Of a DNA stretch of 64,000 nucleotides, positions 1 to 11,644 are shown one piece after another (position 1 is the stretch's first letter; each line of letters begins with the position of its first letter). The DNA comes from an uncultured Thermoleophilaceae bacterium (GTDB lineage Bacteria; Actinomycetota; Thermoleophilia; Solirubrobacterales; Thermoleophilaceae). Location: NCBI GenBank assembly GCA_963727395.1, contig CAVSGC010000008.1, positions 23,879 to 87,878 on the forward strand, given 5' to 3'. Both the position numbers and the translations under genes were made by a program. The notes below the pieces were generated by a model. The model made no database searches. It was not told the DNA's origin and was given only the letters and a program-made list of their open reading frames with translations.

Positions 1-188
1 GTCCTCGAGCGACTCGCCGAGCACGATGGCGCCGTCGAGCTCGCCGGCGCGCACGAGCCCGCGGCCGACGGCTTCCTTGACTTCGCTGCGCAGGCCGGAG
101 CCGACGTCGCCGGTGATCTCGACGCGTTGGCCCGGCTTGACGCCCAACTTCTGCACGACGGAGCGGTGGCTGTAGTCCTTCTCGGCCA
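1..188 (-). CDS. hypothetical protein, DUF3052-like; only the N-terminal 62 codons lie inside the window
   Basis: Reverse-strand ATG at 186-188, then MAEKDYSHRSVVQKLGVKPGQRVEITGDVGSGLRSEVKEAVGRGLVRAGELDGAIVLGESLED running off the window start. GC3-rich. The KLG-x-KPGQ-x-V N-terminus resembles DUF3052 proteins (from memory). Confidence 0.45.
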
Positions 189-300
189 TGGTCGGCCTCA
201 ATTGTGCCAGTTACGGAAGGTGCCCCGCGAGCGTGCAAGCGACGTGCCGCATCCACCGATCCGCGGTAAGGTGCTCAGCCAGCAAACGGAGGCGGTTCAC

Positions 301-612
301 ATGGGATTCATGGACAAGGCCAAGCAGATGGCCGAGCAGGCGCAGCAGAAGATCGAAGAGACTCAGAAGCAGTTCAACGACAGCCAGGCCGCGAAGTCCC
401 AGGGCGGCTCCGGCGGCGGCGTCAAGTACGACCAGCACGGCCGTCCGATCCCCTCGGGGCCGGAGGGTGAGCCCCCCGCCAGCGAGCCCGCGGTGGCAGA
501 GGGCGTCGGGGTGCCCCAGCCGCCGGAGGAGGCCGGTGAGCAGACGACTCCTCCCGCGCCGCCCCGGGGCGACGCGAACGCCACGCCCGATCCCTTCAAG
601 CCGATCCAGTAG
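301..612 (+). CDS. small hypothetical protein, Pro/Glu-rich C-terminus
   Basis: Internal ATG of ORF 127-612: MGFMDKAKQMAEQAQQKIEETQKQFNDSQAAKSQGG... The helical N-terminus and low-complexity tail are GC3-rich. No family recognised. Confidence 0.5.
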   Translation: MGFMDKAKQMAEQAQQKIEETQKQFNDSQAAKSQGGSGGGVKYDQHGRPIPSGPEGEPPASEPAVAEGVGVPQPPEEAGEQTTPPAPPRGDANATPDPFKPIQ

Positions 613-615
613 CTC

Positions 616-1466
616 GTGGCCTTCGGCGGTGTCATCACGGCGATGGTGACGCCGTTCGCGCGGACGGCGCGCTCGACGAGGACGCGCCGGCGCCTGTCGC
701 GCCACCTGCTCGCCAACGGGTCGGACGGCCTCGTGCTCGCCGGTACCACCGGGGAGGGCGCCACGATCACCGACGAAGAGGAGGTGCGCCTGGGGAGATC
801 GGGGTCTCCGAGACCGGCGGCGACGTACAGATCATCGCCGGCACGGGCAGCAACGACACGCGGCACACCGTCGAGCAGACCGAGCGCGCGCACGGAGTGC
901 GGCGTGGATGGCGCGCTGGTGGTCGCGCCGTACTACAACAAGCCCGACCGCCGCGGGCTGGCGGCGCACTTCACGACGGTCGCCGACGTCCACCGATCTG
1001 CCGATCATCGCCTACAACATCCCGTCCCGGTCGGCGGTCGACATGCCGAACGACCTGCTCGCCGAGATCGGCGCAGCCCGAACGTCGTGGCCGTCAAGCA
1101 GGCGCGGACTGAGGACCTCGCGCCGATCGACGGCCTGGACCTGCTGGCCGGCAACGACGACGCGCTCGCGCAGGTGCTCGACATGGGCGGCACCGGCGGC
1201 ATCCTCGTCGCGTCGCACCTCGTCGGGCCGGAGATGCGCCGGATGATCGACGAGCCCGACGCAGCGCGAAGAGATCCAGGAGTCGCTGGTGCCGCTGCTA
1301 CGAGGCGCTGGCCGTCGCGCCGCCCGGCCGCCTCGACGAAGGCTGCGCTGCGAATCCTCGGTCACGCCGTGCCGGGCCGCGGCTGCCGTACGTGGATCTC
1401 ACCGACGGCGAGGCGAGCGCGATTCGCACGGCGCTCGAGAGCCAGGGCCTGCTGGAAAGGGTCTAG
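616..1466 (+). pseudogene. dapA: 4-hydroxy-tetrahydrodipicolinate synthase (DapA); reading frame disrupted as given
   Basis: GVITAMVTPF, LANGSDGLVLAGTTGEGATITDEEE and GVDGALVVAPYYNKPDRRGLAAHF lie in the frame of ORF 616-1677. LPIIAYNIPSRSAVDMPNDLLAEIG lies in the frame of ORF 908-1246. PNVVAVKQARTEDL...GGILVASHLVGPEM returns to the first frame. The C-terminus IRTALESQGLLERV-TAG (1464-1466) is in the third frame. At least 4 frame switches. Confidence 0.85.
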
Positions 1467-1471
1467 GCCCC

Positions 1472-3137
1472 CTGAGCGGCACGCTGCGCATCCTCCCGCT
1501 CGGCGGGTTCGGCGAGATCGGCAAGAACATGACGGTCCTCGAGTACGCGGGCCGGATCGTGGTCGTGGACACCGGGCTGCGCGTTCCCGACGCCCGACCA
1601 GCTCGGCGTCGACCTCGTGCTGCCCGACTTCACCTACCTGCGCGAGCGGGCGGCCGACATCGACGCGATCGTCCTGACCCACGGGCACGAGGACCACGTC
1701 GGGGCGCTGCCGTTCGTCATCCGCGAGCTCGACGACAGCCGCCGATCTACGGCGGCCCGCTGACGATCGCGATGGTGCGCTCCAAGCTCGACGAGCACAA
1801 GCTCAAGGACGTGGCCCTCGAGGAGGTGCAGCCCCGGCGACGAGATCCACTGCGGCCCGTTCGAGGTCGGAGCCGGTCAAGCTCGCCCACTCGATCCCGG
1901 ACATGTTCGCCTACGCGCTCACCTGCGACCTCGGCACCACGCTCGTGACCGGCGACTACAAGTTCGACCAGACGCCGGTCGACGGCATCCCCGCGGACGT
2001 GGCGCGCCTCGCCGAGCTCGGGCGCGACGGCGTGCTCGCGCTCTGCGGCGACTCGACCAACGCCGACCGGCCGGGCTGGTCGCTCTCGGAGTCCTCGGTC
2101 GGCCCGAGCCTGGAGGAGACCTTCTCGCACTGCGAGGGCCGCATCGTCGTCACCTGCTTCGCCTCGAACATCCACCGCGTGCAGCAGGTGGTCGACGCCG
2201 CGCACGCGCTCGGGCGCAAGGTCTCGCTCGTCGGGCGCTCGATGCGCAAGAACGTGAACATCGGCCGCCAGCTCGGCCACATCGAGGTGCCCGACGGGAT
2301 GCTGGTGGAGCCGCAGCGAGATCGAGGACTTCCCCGACGAGAAGCTGGTGATCATCTCGACCGGGCAGCCAGGGCGAGCCGCTGTCGGCGCTGCGGCGGA
2401 TGGCCGGCGGCGACCACCAGCACGTCGATCTGCACGAGGGCGACACCGTGGTGTTCTCGGCAACGCCGATCCCCGGCAACGAGCGCGCGGTGAACGAGAC
2501 CATCGATCGCCTCTACCACCTGGGCGCCGACGTGATCACCACCCGCGACGCGCCGATCCACGCCTCCGGCCACGGCTACCAGGAGGAGCTGAAGCTGATG
2601 CTCAACCTGACCAAGCCCCAGTACGTGCTGCCTGCGCACGGCGACTTCAAGCGGATCCGCCTCCACGGGCAGCTCGCCGAGGCGGTCGGCATCCCCGCGG
2701 AGCGCATCTTCCGGGGCGAGAACGGCCTGCCGCTGGAGATCACCAAGAAGGGCGCCCGGTTCGGCAAGCGCGAGCAGGCCGGCCTGATCTTCGTCGACGG
2801 CGTCGACATCGGCGACGTCGAGGACGTGGCGATGCGCGACCGCCGGATGCTGTCGGCCGACGGCATCTTCATCGTCGTCGCCACGATCTCCGAGCAGGAC
2901 GGGGCTCGGTCGCCGACCCCGAGATCATCTTCCGCGGCGTTCCCTTCATCGACGACGCCGACGGGCCTGCTCGGCGACCTGCGCACGGCGGTGATCGAGT
3001 CGCTCGAGGACTCCGCCGCCGACGACATCAGCGAGATCTCGCTGATCCAGCAGCACCTGCACGACGACCTCGCGGAGTTCGTCTACAAGCGGCTGAAGCG
3101 CCGCCCGATGGTCCTGCCGGTCGTCGTAGAGGTCTAG
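1472..3137 (+). pseudogene. rnj: ribonuclease J; reading frame disrupted as given, start codon uncertain
   Basis: LRILPLGGFGEIGKNMTVLEYAGRIVVVDTG (frame of ORF 1289-1948). LVTGDYKFDQTPVDG...CGDSTNADRPGWSLSE...CFASNIHRVQQVVDAA (ORF 1903-2493). VVFSATPIPGNERAVNETIDRLYHLGADV...HASGHGYQEELKLMLNLTKPQYVLPAHGD...RLKRRPMVLPVVVEV-stop (ORF 2400-3137), plus a further switch near 2900. Confidence 0.85.
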
Positions 3138-3145
3138 CCGCGCGG

Positions 3146-3590
3146 CTACTGCTCGCCGCGTGGAAGATCACACCGTCGAGCGAGGAACTTCCGGCCGGCG
3201 TGGCTGATCGTCCCGTCGGGTGCGATCGTGACGCGCTCGACCCCGTGCTGGCGCCGTTGCGCCACGGCGAACGCGCCGTCGGTGGAGCCGGGCCGCGCAC
3301 CTAGCCGGCAGCCGGCCGCCGCTGCGCGTCGATCTCGCCCCTGCAGGTGCACATAGCCGAGCGGGTCCACGTTGTACTCGGGTGGCGGGTGACCCGCTCA
3401 GCGCGGGGAATGGGGAGCGAAGCCGCTGCCGTCAGGGCGCACGAAGGCGCCCGAGTCCAGAGCCGTCGAGTGAGTCCGCGTCGCGCAACTTGCCCAGCTT
3501 GGACTCGTCGATGTCCTGGCCGCCGAGAGCGTTGAGGGCCACGTCGCGGCCGGTGATGGTGCTGTTGCGCACATCGGCGCCCCGGACCTC
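3146..3590 (-). pseudogene. remnant of a secreted or tail-fibre-like protein without a recognisable start; multiple frame switches
   Basis: Coding-looking pieces are spread over three reverse frames: VRGADVRNSTITGRDVALNALGGQDIDESKLGKLRDADSLDG, LDSGAFVRPDGSGF, EYNVDPLGYVHLQGE, GSTDGAFAVA...VERVTIAPDGTISHAG...SSLDGVIF. TAG stop at 3146-3148, convergent with rnj. There is no room for an N-terminus before the kinase ATPase domain. Confidence 0.3.
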
Positions 3591-5062
3591 GTTGTGCGGA
3601 CCTCGAACAGCGCGCCGCCGCCGTCGGCGGCGCGCACCTCGACGAGCCGCCGTGGGCGACCGCGACCGCGCGGACGATCGCCAGGCCGAGCCCGCTGCCG
3701 CCGCTGCGAGCTGTCGCCGTCCTCGCGGGCGAAGCGCTCGAAGATCCGCTCGCGCAGCTCCTCGGGAACGCCGGGGCCGCGGTCGGCGACCTGGCACGAC
3801 GATCGTCTCGCCGCCGCGGACGCTGCGCGACGACCGGGGTGCCGGCGGGCGTGTGGAGCAGGGCGTTCTCGATCAGGTTGCGCACCAGCCGGTGCAGCTC
3901 GTCGGGCGAGCCCTCGGCGAGCGCCTCGCCTTCGCCGGGCAGGTCGAGCGACACGGTGTGGCCGGACGCGAACGCTTCGGCCTCCGCGGCGGCCTCGCGC
4001 ACGATGGTCGCCACGTCGAGGGTCACGTGCGGGGCCTGGCGCCCGGCGTCGGCGCGGGCGAGCAGCAGCAGGTCGCCGACCAGCCGCCGCATGCGCTTCG
4101 ACGAGCGCAGCGCCGAGCCGGCGGTCTCGGCCGCGGCGGTGGCGTCGCGCGGGCCGCCGTCGCGGGACGAGCTCCTCCTCGAGCAGCTCGAGGTTGGCCA
4201 GGATGCTCGTCAGCGGGGTGCGCAGCTCGTGCGAGGCGTCGGCGACGAACTCGCGCTGGCGCTCGAGCGCGGCCTCGGTCTCGGCGCGCGCGGCGCCGAG
4301 CTCGCGCAGCATGACCTCGAGCGTGTCGGCCAGCTCGGAGACCTCGTCGTCGGCCTCGGGCTTGGGCAGCGGCTGCGGCGGGGTTGCGGGTGCACGGCGA
4401 CCTCGCGCGCGGCGCGCGTGAGCCCGGCGATCGGGCGCATGGCGCGGCGCGCGACGGCGAGCCCGGCGAGCAGGGCGAGGGCCGTGCCGCCGATCACGCC
4501 GAGGGTCAGGAAGAAGTGCAGCCGGCGCGAGCGTCGTTTCGAGGTTGCGCCTTCGGGCTTGCGTACTGGACGAACGCGACCGTGCCGTCGATCGGGTTGC
4601 TCGGCAGGTCCAGCACGCTCGAGCGGTCGAGCGAGTCGGCGAACAGCGGCCGGGCGACGACGCGGTAGTCGGCGAGGTCGCGCACGCCCTCGACCGGCGG
4701 GCCCGAGATCGGGCGCGCGGGTGGGCTGCTGCGAGATCACGCGCGAGCTGCGGTCGACGATGCGGATGACCGCGCCGCCGGCGGCTGCGCGCGCGTCAGC
4801 ACGGCGGCGGGCACCGCGAGCTGCGGCGCCCGTCCTCGTCGGCTGCACGCGCAGCCGCTCCTGGAGGTCGGCGGCGGTGGCGCGCACCTCGGAGTCGAAG
4901 CTCGAGCTCAGCTTCTGCTCGGTGAACGTGCCGACGACGATCGCGAACAGCAGCAGGATCACGAAGGTCAGCGTCGCCGAGACGAGCGCGAGCTTGAGCC
5001 GGATCGGCAGCCGCAGCCGCAGGCGCCGCGATGGCGCGGCGCGGCGCGGATCGCGGGCTCAT
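3590..5062 (-). pseudogene. two-component sensor histidine kinase (TM-HAMP-HisKA-HATPase); frame disrupted, 3' end undefined
   Basis: TM and HAMP: LKLALVSATLTFVILLLFAIVVG and FFLTLGVIGGTALALLAGLAVARRAMRPIAGL (ORF 4210-4962 frame). H-box: FVADASHELRTPLTSILANLELL (ORF 3398-4312 frame). LVRNLIENALLHTP and GGSGLGLAIVRAVAVAHGG (ORF 3301-4092 frame). The ATG at 5060-5062 overlaps the regulator stop (ATGA). Confidence 0.75.
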
Positions 5063-5748
5063 CGTCGGGCCTCAGGACGTAGCCGGAGCCGCGCACGGTG
5101 TGCAGCAGGCGCTCCTCGCCGCCGGCCTCGAGCTTGCGGCGCAGGTTCGACACGAACACGTCGACCGTGTTGGTCTCGGCGAACGGGTGGTAGTCCCAGA
5201 CCTCCTCGAGCAGGCGGTCGCGCGAGACCACCAGGCGCTCGTTGCGCATCAGGTACTCGAGCAGCTCGAACTCGCGCGCCGTCAGCTCGACTCGCGCGTC
5301 GCCGCGCAAGACCTCGCGGCCGCCGGGGTTCAGCCGCAGGTCGCCGCAGACCAGGAAGGCGCTGCCGCGCGGGGGGCGGCGGCGCAGCAGGGCGCGCAGG
5401 CGCGCGAGCAGCTCGGCGCGCTCGAAGGGCTTGACCAGGTAGTCGTCGGCGCCGGAGTCGAGGCCGGTCACGCGGTCTTCGACCCCGTCGCGGGCGGTCA
5501 GCATCAGGATCGGACGTCGCCCTGCTCGCGCAGGCGCTCGGCCACCTCGACGCCGTCGAGCTTGGGCAGCCCGAGGTCGAGCACCACGGCGTCGGGCTCG
5601 AACAGGCCGGCTCCCTCGAGGGCGACCTCGCCGTCGCGCGCCAGGCGCACCTCGTAGCCCTCCATGCCGAGCGAGCGGCGCAGCACGTCCGCGATGTCGG
5701 CGTCGTCCTCGACCACGAGGACGCGGGGAGTCGTTCCATGGACGCCAT
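5059..5748 (-). pseudogene. OmpR-family response regulator; frame disrupted as given
   Basis: Receiver domain: PRVLVVEDDADIADVLRRSLGMEGYEVRLARDGEVAL...DAVVLDLGLPKLDG (ORF 5504-5944 frame). LTARDGVEDRVTGLDSGADDYLVKPF plus winged helix REFELLEYLMRNERLVVSRDRLLEEVWDY...VDVFVSNLRRKLE...VRGSGYVL (ORF 4968-5504 frame). The ATG at 5748 and TGA at 5059 share a third frame whose translation is meaningless. Confidence 0.8.
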
Positions 5749-5795
5749 GGTAGGGAGGGGCGCGGCGTCCGGTGTCGAACGAACTGAACTCAGTC

Positions 5796-8278
5796 ATGGC
5801 GCGCAGCAGCGGCACCAGGAAGCCCGCCAAGAAGGCCGCCGCAAGCCGGCACGCAAGCCGGCGCGCGCCGCGCGCCTCGCGTCGCCGCTGCTCCAGCCTC
5901 GAGCGCCACCACGTCGACCTGCTCGGGCTCGGCGCTCGTCGCATTCGGCGTGTTCCTCGGCTTCGTGCTCTACTTCGACCGAGGCCGGCGGCCGGGCAGG
6001 CGAGGGCGGCGAGGACGGCCTGCGGTTCCTCTTCGGCGGCGCCGCCTACCTCGCGCCCGCCGCGCTGGTGGTCACGGGCGCGATCGTCGTCCTGCGCGAG
6101 ATCTTCCCGTCGATCAAGCCGTTCCGCGCCGGGGCGATCTGCCTCCTGCTCGGACTCACGCTCGGGCTCGCGGCCGGCTCGCTCGGCCTCGGCCCCGGGG
6201 CACGCGCACGCGCCGCTGCTCGACTCGGACTACGTGTCCGCGCGCGGCGGCGCGCTCGGCGAGCTGGAGTACCGGGCGCCGCGGCGCTGTTCTCCGACGT
6301 CGGCGCGCATATCCTCTTCGCCTTCCTGATGGTCGCCGGGATCCTGCTCGTGACCGGCGCGTCGATCGCCGGGGTCGTGACGCCACCGGCCGGCGCGTGG
6401 CGCCACCGCCCGCGTCAGCGCACGTGCGGCCGCGCTCGCGACGAGCGAGCTGCGCCGCGAGCCCGCGCCGCGCCGCCGCGACCTGCCGCCCGAGCCGCCG
6501 GGCGTCGAGCCCGTCGTGCACGCGACCCACGTCGAGGCGCCGGCGCTCGACGCCGAGGAGCGCTACCCGGACCTGTTCCCGCCGAGCCCGCCGGAGCCGC
6601 GGAGACGCCGACGAGCCGCCGCGCCCGAGGCGGAGCCCGAGCCCGAGGACCCCGCCGAGGACGAGCCGGGCGACACGGCCGAGCAGGCCCGAGGACGTCG
6701 CGCCGAGCCGCCGAGCCGGTCCAGCGCGAGCTGACGCCGATGGGCAAGGCGCGCTCGGGCGTGACCGAGGCCGACGACTTCAACTACGTGCTTCCGAAGG
6801 CCGGCTTCCTCGAAGCGCTCCAAGACCTCCAAGCGGGAGCAAGCAGGCCGCGCTCGAGACGAGCGCGTCGGCAAGCAGCTGATCGAGGCGCTCGGCCACT
6901 TCGGGGTCGAGGCGAAGGTCGTCGGGTCGCGTCACCGGCCCGCACGTGACGCGCTACGAGCTGCGGCTGGCGCCCGGCATCAAGATGTCGAAGGTCTCGA
7001 ACATGCGCGACGACCTCGCCTACGCGCTGGCAGCCGACGACGTGCGCATCCTCGCCCCGATCCCCGGCAAGCGGGCGGTCGGGGTCGAGGTGCCCGAACA
7101 TCCTGCGCCAGATGGTCAACCTCGGCGACGTCGCCCAGGATGCGCCCGGAGGGCTTCTCGCCGCTCGCCGTCTGGCTCGGCAAGGACATCGACGGCAAGG
7201 CGATCGGCATCGACCTGGCCGGCCAGCCGCACGTGCTCGTCGCGGGCACGACCGGCTCGGGCAAGTCCGGCTGCGTCAACGCGATGCTCGCCTCGATCCT
7301 GATGCGCTCGACGCCCGAACGAGGTCCGGCTCGTGCTGGTCGACCCCAAGCAGGTCGAGCTCAACCTCTACGAGCACATCCCGCATCTGCTGACGCCCGT
7401 CGTCACAAACCCGCGGATCGCCGCGAACGTGCTCCAGAACCTGATCCGGGAGATGGAGGAGCGCTACTCGCTGATGAGCAAGTCGCGCACCCGCAAGCTC
7501 GAGGAGCTCAACCGCGGCGCGCGTGCGCGACGGCGAGCGGCCCGCTGCCGTACCTGCTCTGCGTGATCGACGAGCTCGCCGACCTGATGATGGTCGCCTC
7601 GGCCGAGGTCGAGGACGCGATCATCCGCCTGGCGCAGAAGTCGCGCGCGGTCGGCATCCACCTGCTGCTGGCCACCCAGCGCCCGAGCGCCGACATCATC
7701 ACGGGCATGATCAAGGCCAACGTGCCGGCGCGGATCGCGTTCGCCGTCTCGTCGCAGACCGACTCGCGCGTGATCCTCGACCCGAACGGCGCCGAGTCGC
7801 TGCTCGGCAAGGGCGACATGCTCTTCAAGCCCGGCAACGGCTCGAAGCTCAACCGCATCCAGGGCGCCTTCATCGGCGAGGAGGAGATCGAGAAGCTCAC
7901 CGCCCACTGGCGCCGCCAGGGCGAGCCCGAGCTCCACGAGGAGCTGCTCGAGCCCGGTCGAGTCCGAGGAACCCGAGGAGGACGGGCCAAGGGGACTTCG
8001 ACCCCGACCAGGACGACCTGCTGCCGGAGGCGATCCGCACCGTCATCCAGATGGACACGGCCTCGACCTCGATGCTCCAGCGCCGGCTGCGCGTGGGCTA
8101 CACCCGCGCGGGGCGGCTGATCGACATGCTCGAGCGCCGCGGCGTGATCTCGGGCTACGAGGGGTCGAAGGCGCGCAAGGTGCTGATCACCGAGGCCGAC
8201 CTGCCGCGGGTGCTCGACGCGCTCTCGCGGAGCCGCGGCATCGGCGCCGAGCCGGAGCCGGTCGGCGATCAGGCCTGA
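5796..8278 (+). pseudogene. ftsK: DNA translocase FtsK; frame disrupted many times
   Basis: N-terminal TM segments: FLFGGAAYLAPAALVVTGAIVVL, AGAICLLLGLTLGLAAG, ILFAFLMVAGILLVTGASIAG. Motor domain: [109 protein letters not shown]...GIHLLLATQRPSADIITG...RIAFAVSSQTDSRVIL. Gamma domain: MLQRRLRVGYTRAGRLIDMLERRGVI. These are spread over ORFs 5738, 5772, 5950, 6946, 7140, 7333 and 7523. Confidence 0.85.
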
Positions 8279-8305
8279 CCGCGACTTCGCCAGAATAGGG
8301 CCGGA

Positions 8306-9098
8306 ATGCCCCCGATCGGCGAGACCCTCCGCGAGGCGCGCATGCGCCAGAAGCTCGACATCGCCGATGTCGAGGAGCGGACGAAGATCCGCGCGAAGTA
8401 CCTGCGCGCGCTCGAGAACGAGGAATGGGGCTCGCTGCCCGGGCCCGACGTTCGTCAAGACCTTCCTGCGCACCTACGCCGAGGTCGTGGGCCTCGACCC
8501 CCACCTGCTGGTGGAGGAGTACCGCGCCGGCCACGAGCCGCGACGAGGAGATGGGCCCGCAGCCGCTCGCGGCGGCCCTCCCGCGGCGCACGCAGCCGCG
8601 CCGCAGCGCCGCCGGCCGCACCGCGCCGGGCCCGCCCGGGCCCTCGCCCTGGTCGGCCCTGGCGGGCGTGATCGTGGTCGGCGTTCCTGCTCGTGCCCTC
8701 GGACTCTCGGCGGCGACGAGGACGAGCCCGGAGAGGCAAGGCTTCGAGCACGCAGGAGACGGCACGCGAGCACCACGCCGGAGGAGCCGGCCGCGCCGAA
8801 GCGGCGCCGCCGTCCCACCGGCGTGGTGCGCGGTAACTCCCACCGACGCCACCTACGCCTGCATCGACAACGGCGAGGGCACCGCCGGTGGTGTTCGAGG
8901 GCACGCTGGAGAGCGCGCGGACGTTCAAGGACGCCAGCGCCGCCTGCGATCAACCTCGGCAAGCGCGGTGGACATGCGCGCCAACGGCAAGGCCGTGAGC
9001 ATCCCGGACAGCCCCGAGCCGGTCGGATACGACTTCACCCGTCGGGCGCGAACGAGAGGAGGGCACCACCCCTTGCGGGTGAGCGGCCCTGCGCGTGA
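8306..9098 (+). pseudogene. RodZ-like helix-turn-helix protein with DUF4115-like C-terminus; frame disrupted
   Basis: [42 protein letters not shown] (ORF 8306), then [31 protein letters not shown] (ORF 8367). C-terminal [12 protein letters not shown]...[23 protein letters not shown] (ORF 8425). The TGA at 9096-9098 overlaps the next GTG. Confidence 0.65.
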
Positions 9099-10394
9099 GG
9101 CGCGCGCGCCGGAATCGTCATCACCGGCACCGAGGTGCTCACCGGCCGGGTGCCAGGACCGCAACGGCCCGTGGCTGTCGGACCGGCTGATGCGAGCTGG
9201 GCATCGACCTGGCCCAGATCACGATCTGCGGCGACCGGCCCGAGGACATGGAGGCCCAGCTGCGCTTCCATCGGAGTCACAGGGCGTCGACCTGATCGTG
9301 ACCAGCGGCGGCCTGGGCCCGACGGCCGACGACCTGACGCTGGCGGTCGTGGCGGAGTTCGCCGGGCGTCCGCTGGCACTCGACGAGGCGCTCGAGGGGC
9401 GGATCGCCGACATCCTCGACCCGCTGACGAAGCGCTGGCAGAACCTCGACTGGGACGCCGTGCGTGCGGCCAACCGCAAGCAGGCGCTGGTGCCCGAGGG
9501 GGCCACCGTGATCGAGCCCGCCGGCACCGCGCCCGGGATGGTGGTCCCGCCGCGCAACGGCGGCCCGACGATGGTCGTGCTCCCGGACCCGCCGCGTGAG
9601 CTGCACGCCATGTGGCGCGAGGCCGTCGGCGACGGAGGCCTTCAGGGCGGCGCCGGGCGACGTCCACGAATACCAGCAGACGATGCTGCGCCTGTTCGGC
9701 ATCCCCGAGTCCGAGATCGCGCGAGACGCTGCGCGAGGCCGAGGAGCAGATCGAGGGCCTCGGCGAGCTGGAGATCACCACCTGCCTGCGCCGGGGCGAG
9801 GTGGAGGTGGTGATCCGCTGGGAGCCGGATGCGCAGCGACGCCTGCAGGGCGCTGCGAGGCGCTCGTCGCCGAGCGCCACGCGGACACGCTGTTCTCCAC
9901 CGACGGCTCCAGCGTGGACGAGCAGGTGGCGAAGCTGCTCGGCGGCCGGAGCATCGCCACGGCCGAGTCCTGCACCGGCGGTCTGATGGCCGCCCGGCTG
10001 ATCCGAGCGCCCGGGGGCCTCCGACTACCTGCTGGGCGGGGTCGGTCACATACGCCGACGAGCGCCAAGGTGGAGCAGCTGGGCGTGGACCCCGAGCTGA
10101 TCGAGGCGCACGGGGCGGTGTCGCCGGAGGTGGCCGACGCGATGGCCGCTCGGCGCGCTGGAGCGCTTCGGGGCGGACACCTCGATCGCGATCACCGGAA
10201 TCGCCGGGCCCAGCGGCGGCAGCGAGGAGAAGCCGGTGGGCACCGTGTGCTGGTGCGCGCGGCTGGCCGACGGCGGCGTGCTCGCGCGCGACGTCCAAAT
10301 GCCCGGCGACCGGGCCGAGATCCGCGACCGCTCGACCACCGTGGCGATGCACATGCTGCGGCGCCTGCTGCGCGGCGAGGACCTACCCGTCTGA
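9095..10394 (+). pseudogene. cinA: competence/damage-inducible protein CinA (MoCF domain plus NMN amidohydrolase domain); frame disrupted
   Basis: [88 protein letters not shown]...[21 protein letters not shown] (ORF 8425 frame). C-terminal half: [48 protein letters not shown], ending [18 protein letters not shown] (10392-10394). Confidence 0.8.
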
Positions 10395-10966
10395 CCCCGC
10401 CCGCCGACGCCCGCGAGCGCCCGTGGCGCCTGTTCCTCGCGCTCGACCTGCCCGCGCCCGCTCGCGCCGGGCTGGCGCGCTGGCGCGACGCGGCCATGGA
10501 CGGGCGCTCCGAGCTGCGTCTGGTTCCTGAGGAGTCGCTGCACGTGACGCTGGTGTTCCTCGGCGCCACGCCGCCGGCCCGGGCACGTGGCCTGTGGGAG
10601 GCCGCCTGCACCGCCGCATCCGGCCTGCCCGCTCCCACCCTGACGCCCGAGGGCGTCACGCCCGTGCCGGCGCGCAGGCCGCGGCTGTTCGCGCTCGAGC
10701 TCGACGACGCCGGGGATCGCGCGGGGCGCCTGCACGCCCTCGTGGCGGAGGCCCTCGGCACCGACGAGCGCCGGTTCTGGCCGCACGTGACGCTGGCCCG
10801 CGTACGCCGCGGCGCCCGGCCCCGGCCTCTGGAGGTCTCCCAGGAGCTGCCCTTCGCGGCCTTCACCGCGCACGCCCTCACCATGTACCGCTCCAAGCCG
10901 TCTCCGAAGGGAGCGCGCTACGTGCCCGTGGAGTCCCTGGCGCTGCCGCGCGGAGACGCGGTCTAG
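10391..10966 (+). CDS. thpR: 2H-phosphoesterase / RNA 2',3'-cyclic phosphodiesterase (LigT/ThpR family)
   Basis: Uninterrupted tail of ORF 9596-10966: [20 protein letters not shown]...[11 protein letters not shown]...[11 protein letters not shown], giving two H-x-T-x motifs. There is no ATG or GTG, so I assume the in-frame CTG at 10391 and the start is uncertain. Confidence 0.65.
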   Translation: MTPPADARERPWRLFLALDLPAPARAGLARWRDAAMDGRSELRLVPEESLHVTLVFLGATPPARARGLWEAACTAASGLPAPTLTPEGVTPVPARRPRLFALELDDAGDRAGRLHALVAEALGTDERRFWPHVTLARVRRGARPRPLEVSQELPFAAFTAHALTMYRSKPSPKGARYVPVESLALPRGDAV

Positions 10967-11594
10967 GCAAGCCGCGTGCGCAGCGACTCGCGCTGCTCGG
11001 CCTCGACCTCTTCGAGGGTGAGCCCCGGCTGGCGCCGGTGGGCCAGCGACACCTCTGCGGCGGAGGGCAGCGACCCTGCCGCCGGCCAGGACTCCGGATC
11101 CCACAGCCGGGACCGCACGAACGCCTTCGGGCAGTGCGCGTAGACCTCCTCGGCCTCGATCACGATCGCGGTGCGCGGCGGCTTGCCCACACGCTCCAGG
11201 CGCTCCAGCAGCTCGGGATCGGCCGACACGCACGCGCGCCCGTTCACGCGCAGGGTGGTGTCGCGGCCGCCGATCACGAAGATCAGTCCGATCCTGCCGC
11301 TCTCCACACGTTGGAGAGCGTGTCCAGGCGCTGGTTGCCGGTGGCGTCGGGGATGGCGAGGCGGTGCTCGTCGAGCACCGTCACGAAGCCCGGCTGGCCG
11401 CCCCGCGGCGTCACGTCGCAGCGCCCCTCGGCGGAGTGGGTGGCCACGAACACGATCGAGGCGCCGCCGATCAGGCGCCGGCACAACCCGTCGATGTGGC
11501 CGATGTCCTTGCGTACGGCGCGCTCCAGCACGGGTGGATAGAGCTCGCGCAGCTCCTCCTCGCAGGTGAGCGCTGTCTCGAATGGATCGTCCAT
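10963..11594 (-). pseudogene. pyridoxamine 5'-phosphate oxidase-family (FMN-binding split-barrel) protein; one frame switch near 11285
   Basis: MDDPFETALTCEEELRELYPPVLERAVRKDIGHIDGLCRRLIGGASIVFVATHSAEGRCDVTPRGGQPGFVTVLDEHRLAIPDATGN (ORF 11283-11639). It continues as GLIFVIGGRDTTLRVNGRACVSADPELLERL...AIVIEAEEVYAHCPKAFVRSRLWDPESW (tail of ORF 10963-12477). Confidence 0.6.
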
Positions 11595-11644
11595 CGAGGG
11601 GCGATTCTGGCAGGCGCCCGCAGGATCCATGAAGATCACGACCC

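Noticed and set aside
616-1677. The 353-aa ORF 616-1677 looks like one long intact gene.
   Set aside because: It is a read-through artefact. Only parts of it match DapA, the true DapA C-terminus and stop (1464-1466) are in another frame, and the ORF tail runs out of frame over the RNase J start.
5059-5748. ORF 5059-5748 (229 aa) seems to be an intact response-regulator-sized gene.
   Set aside because: Only its start and stop codons are likely genuine. The receiver and winged-helix motifs are in the two other frames, so the single-frame translation (MERLPASSWSRTT...) is meaningless.
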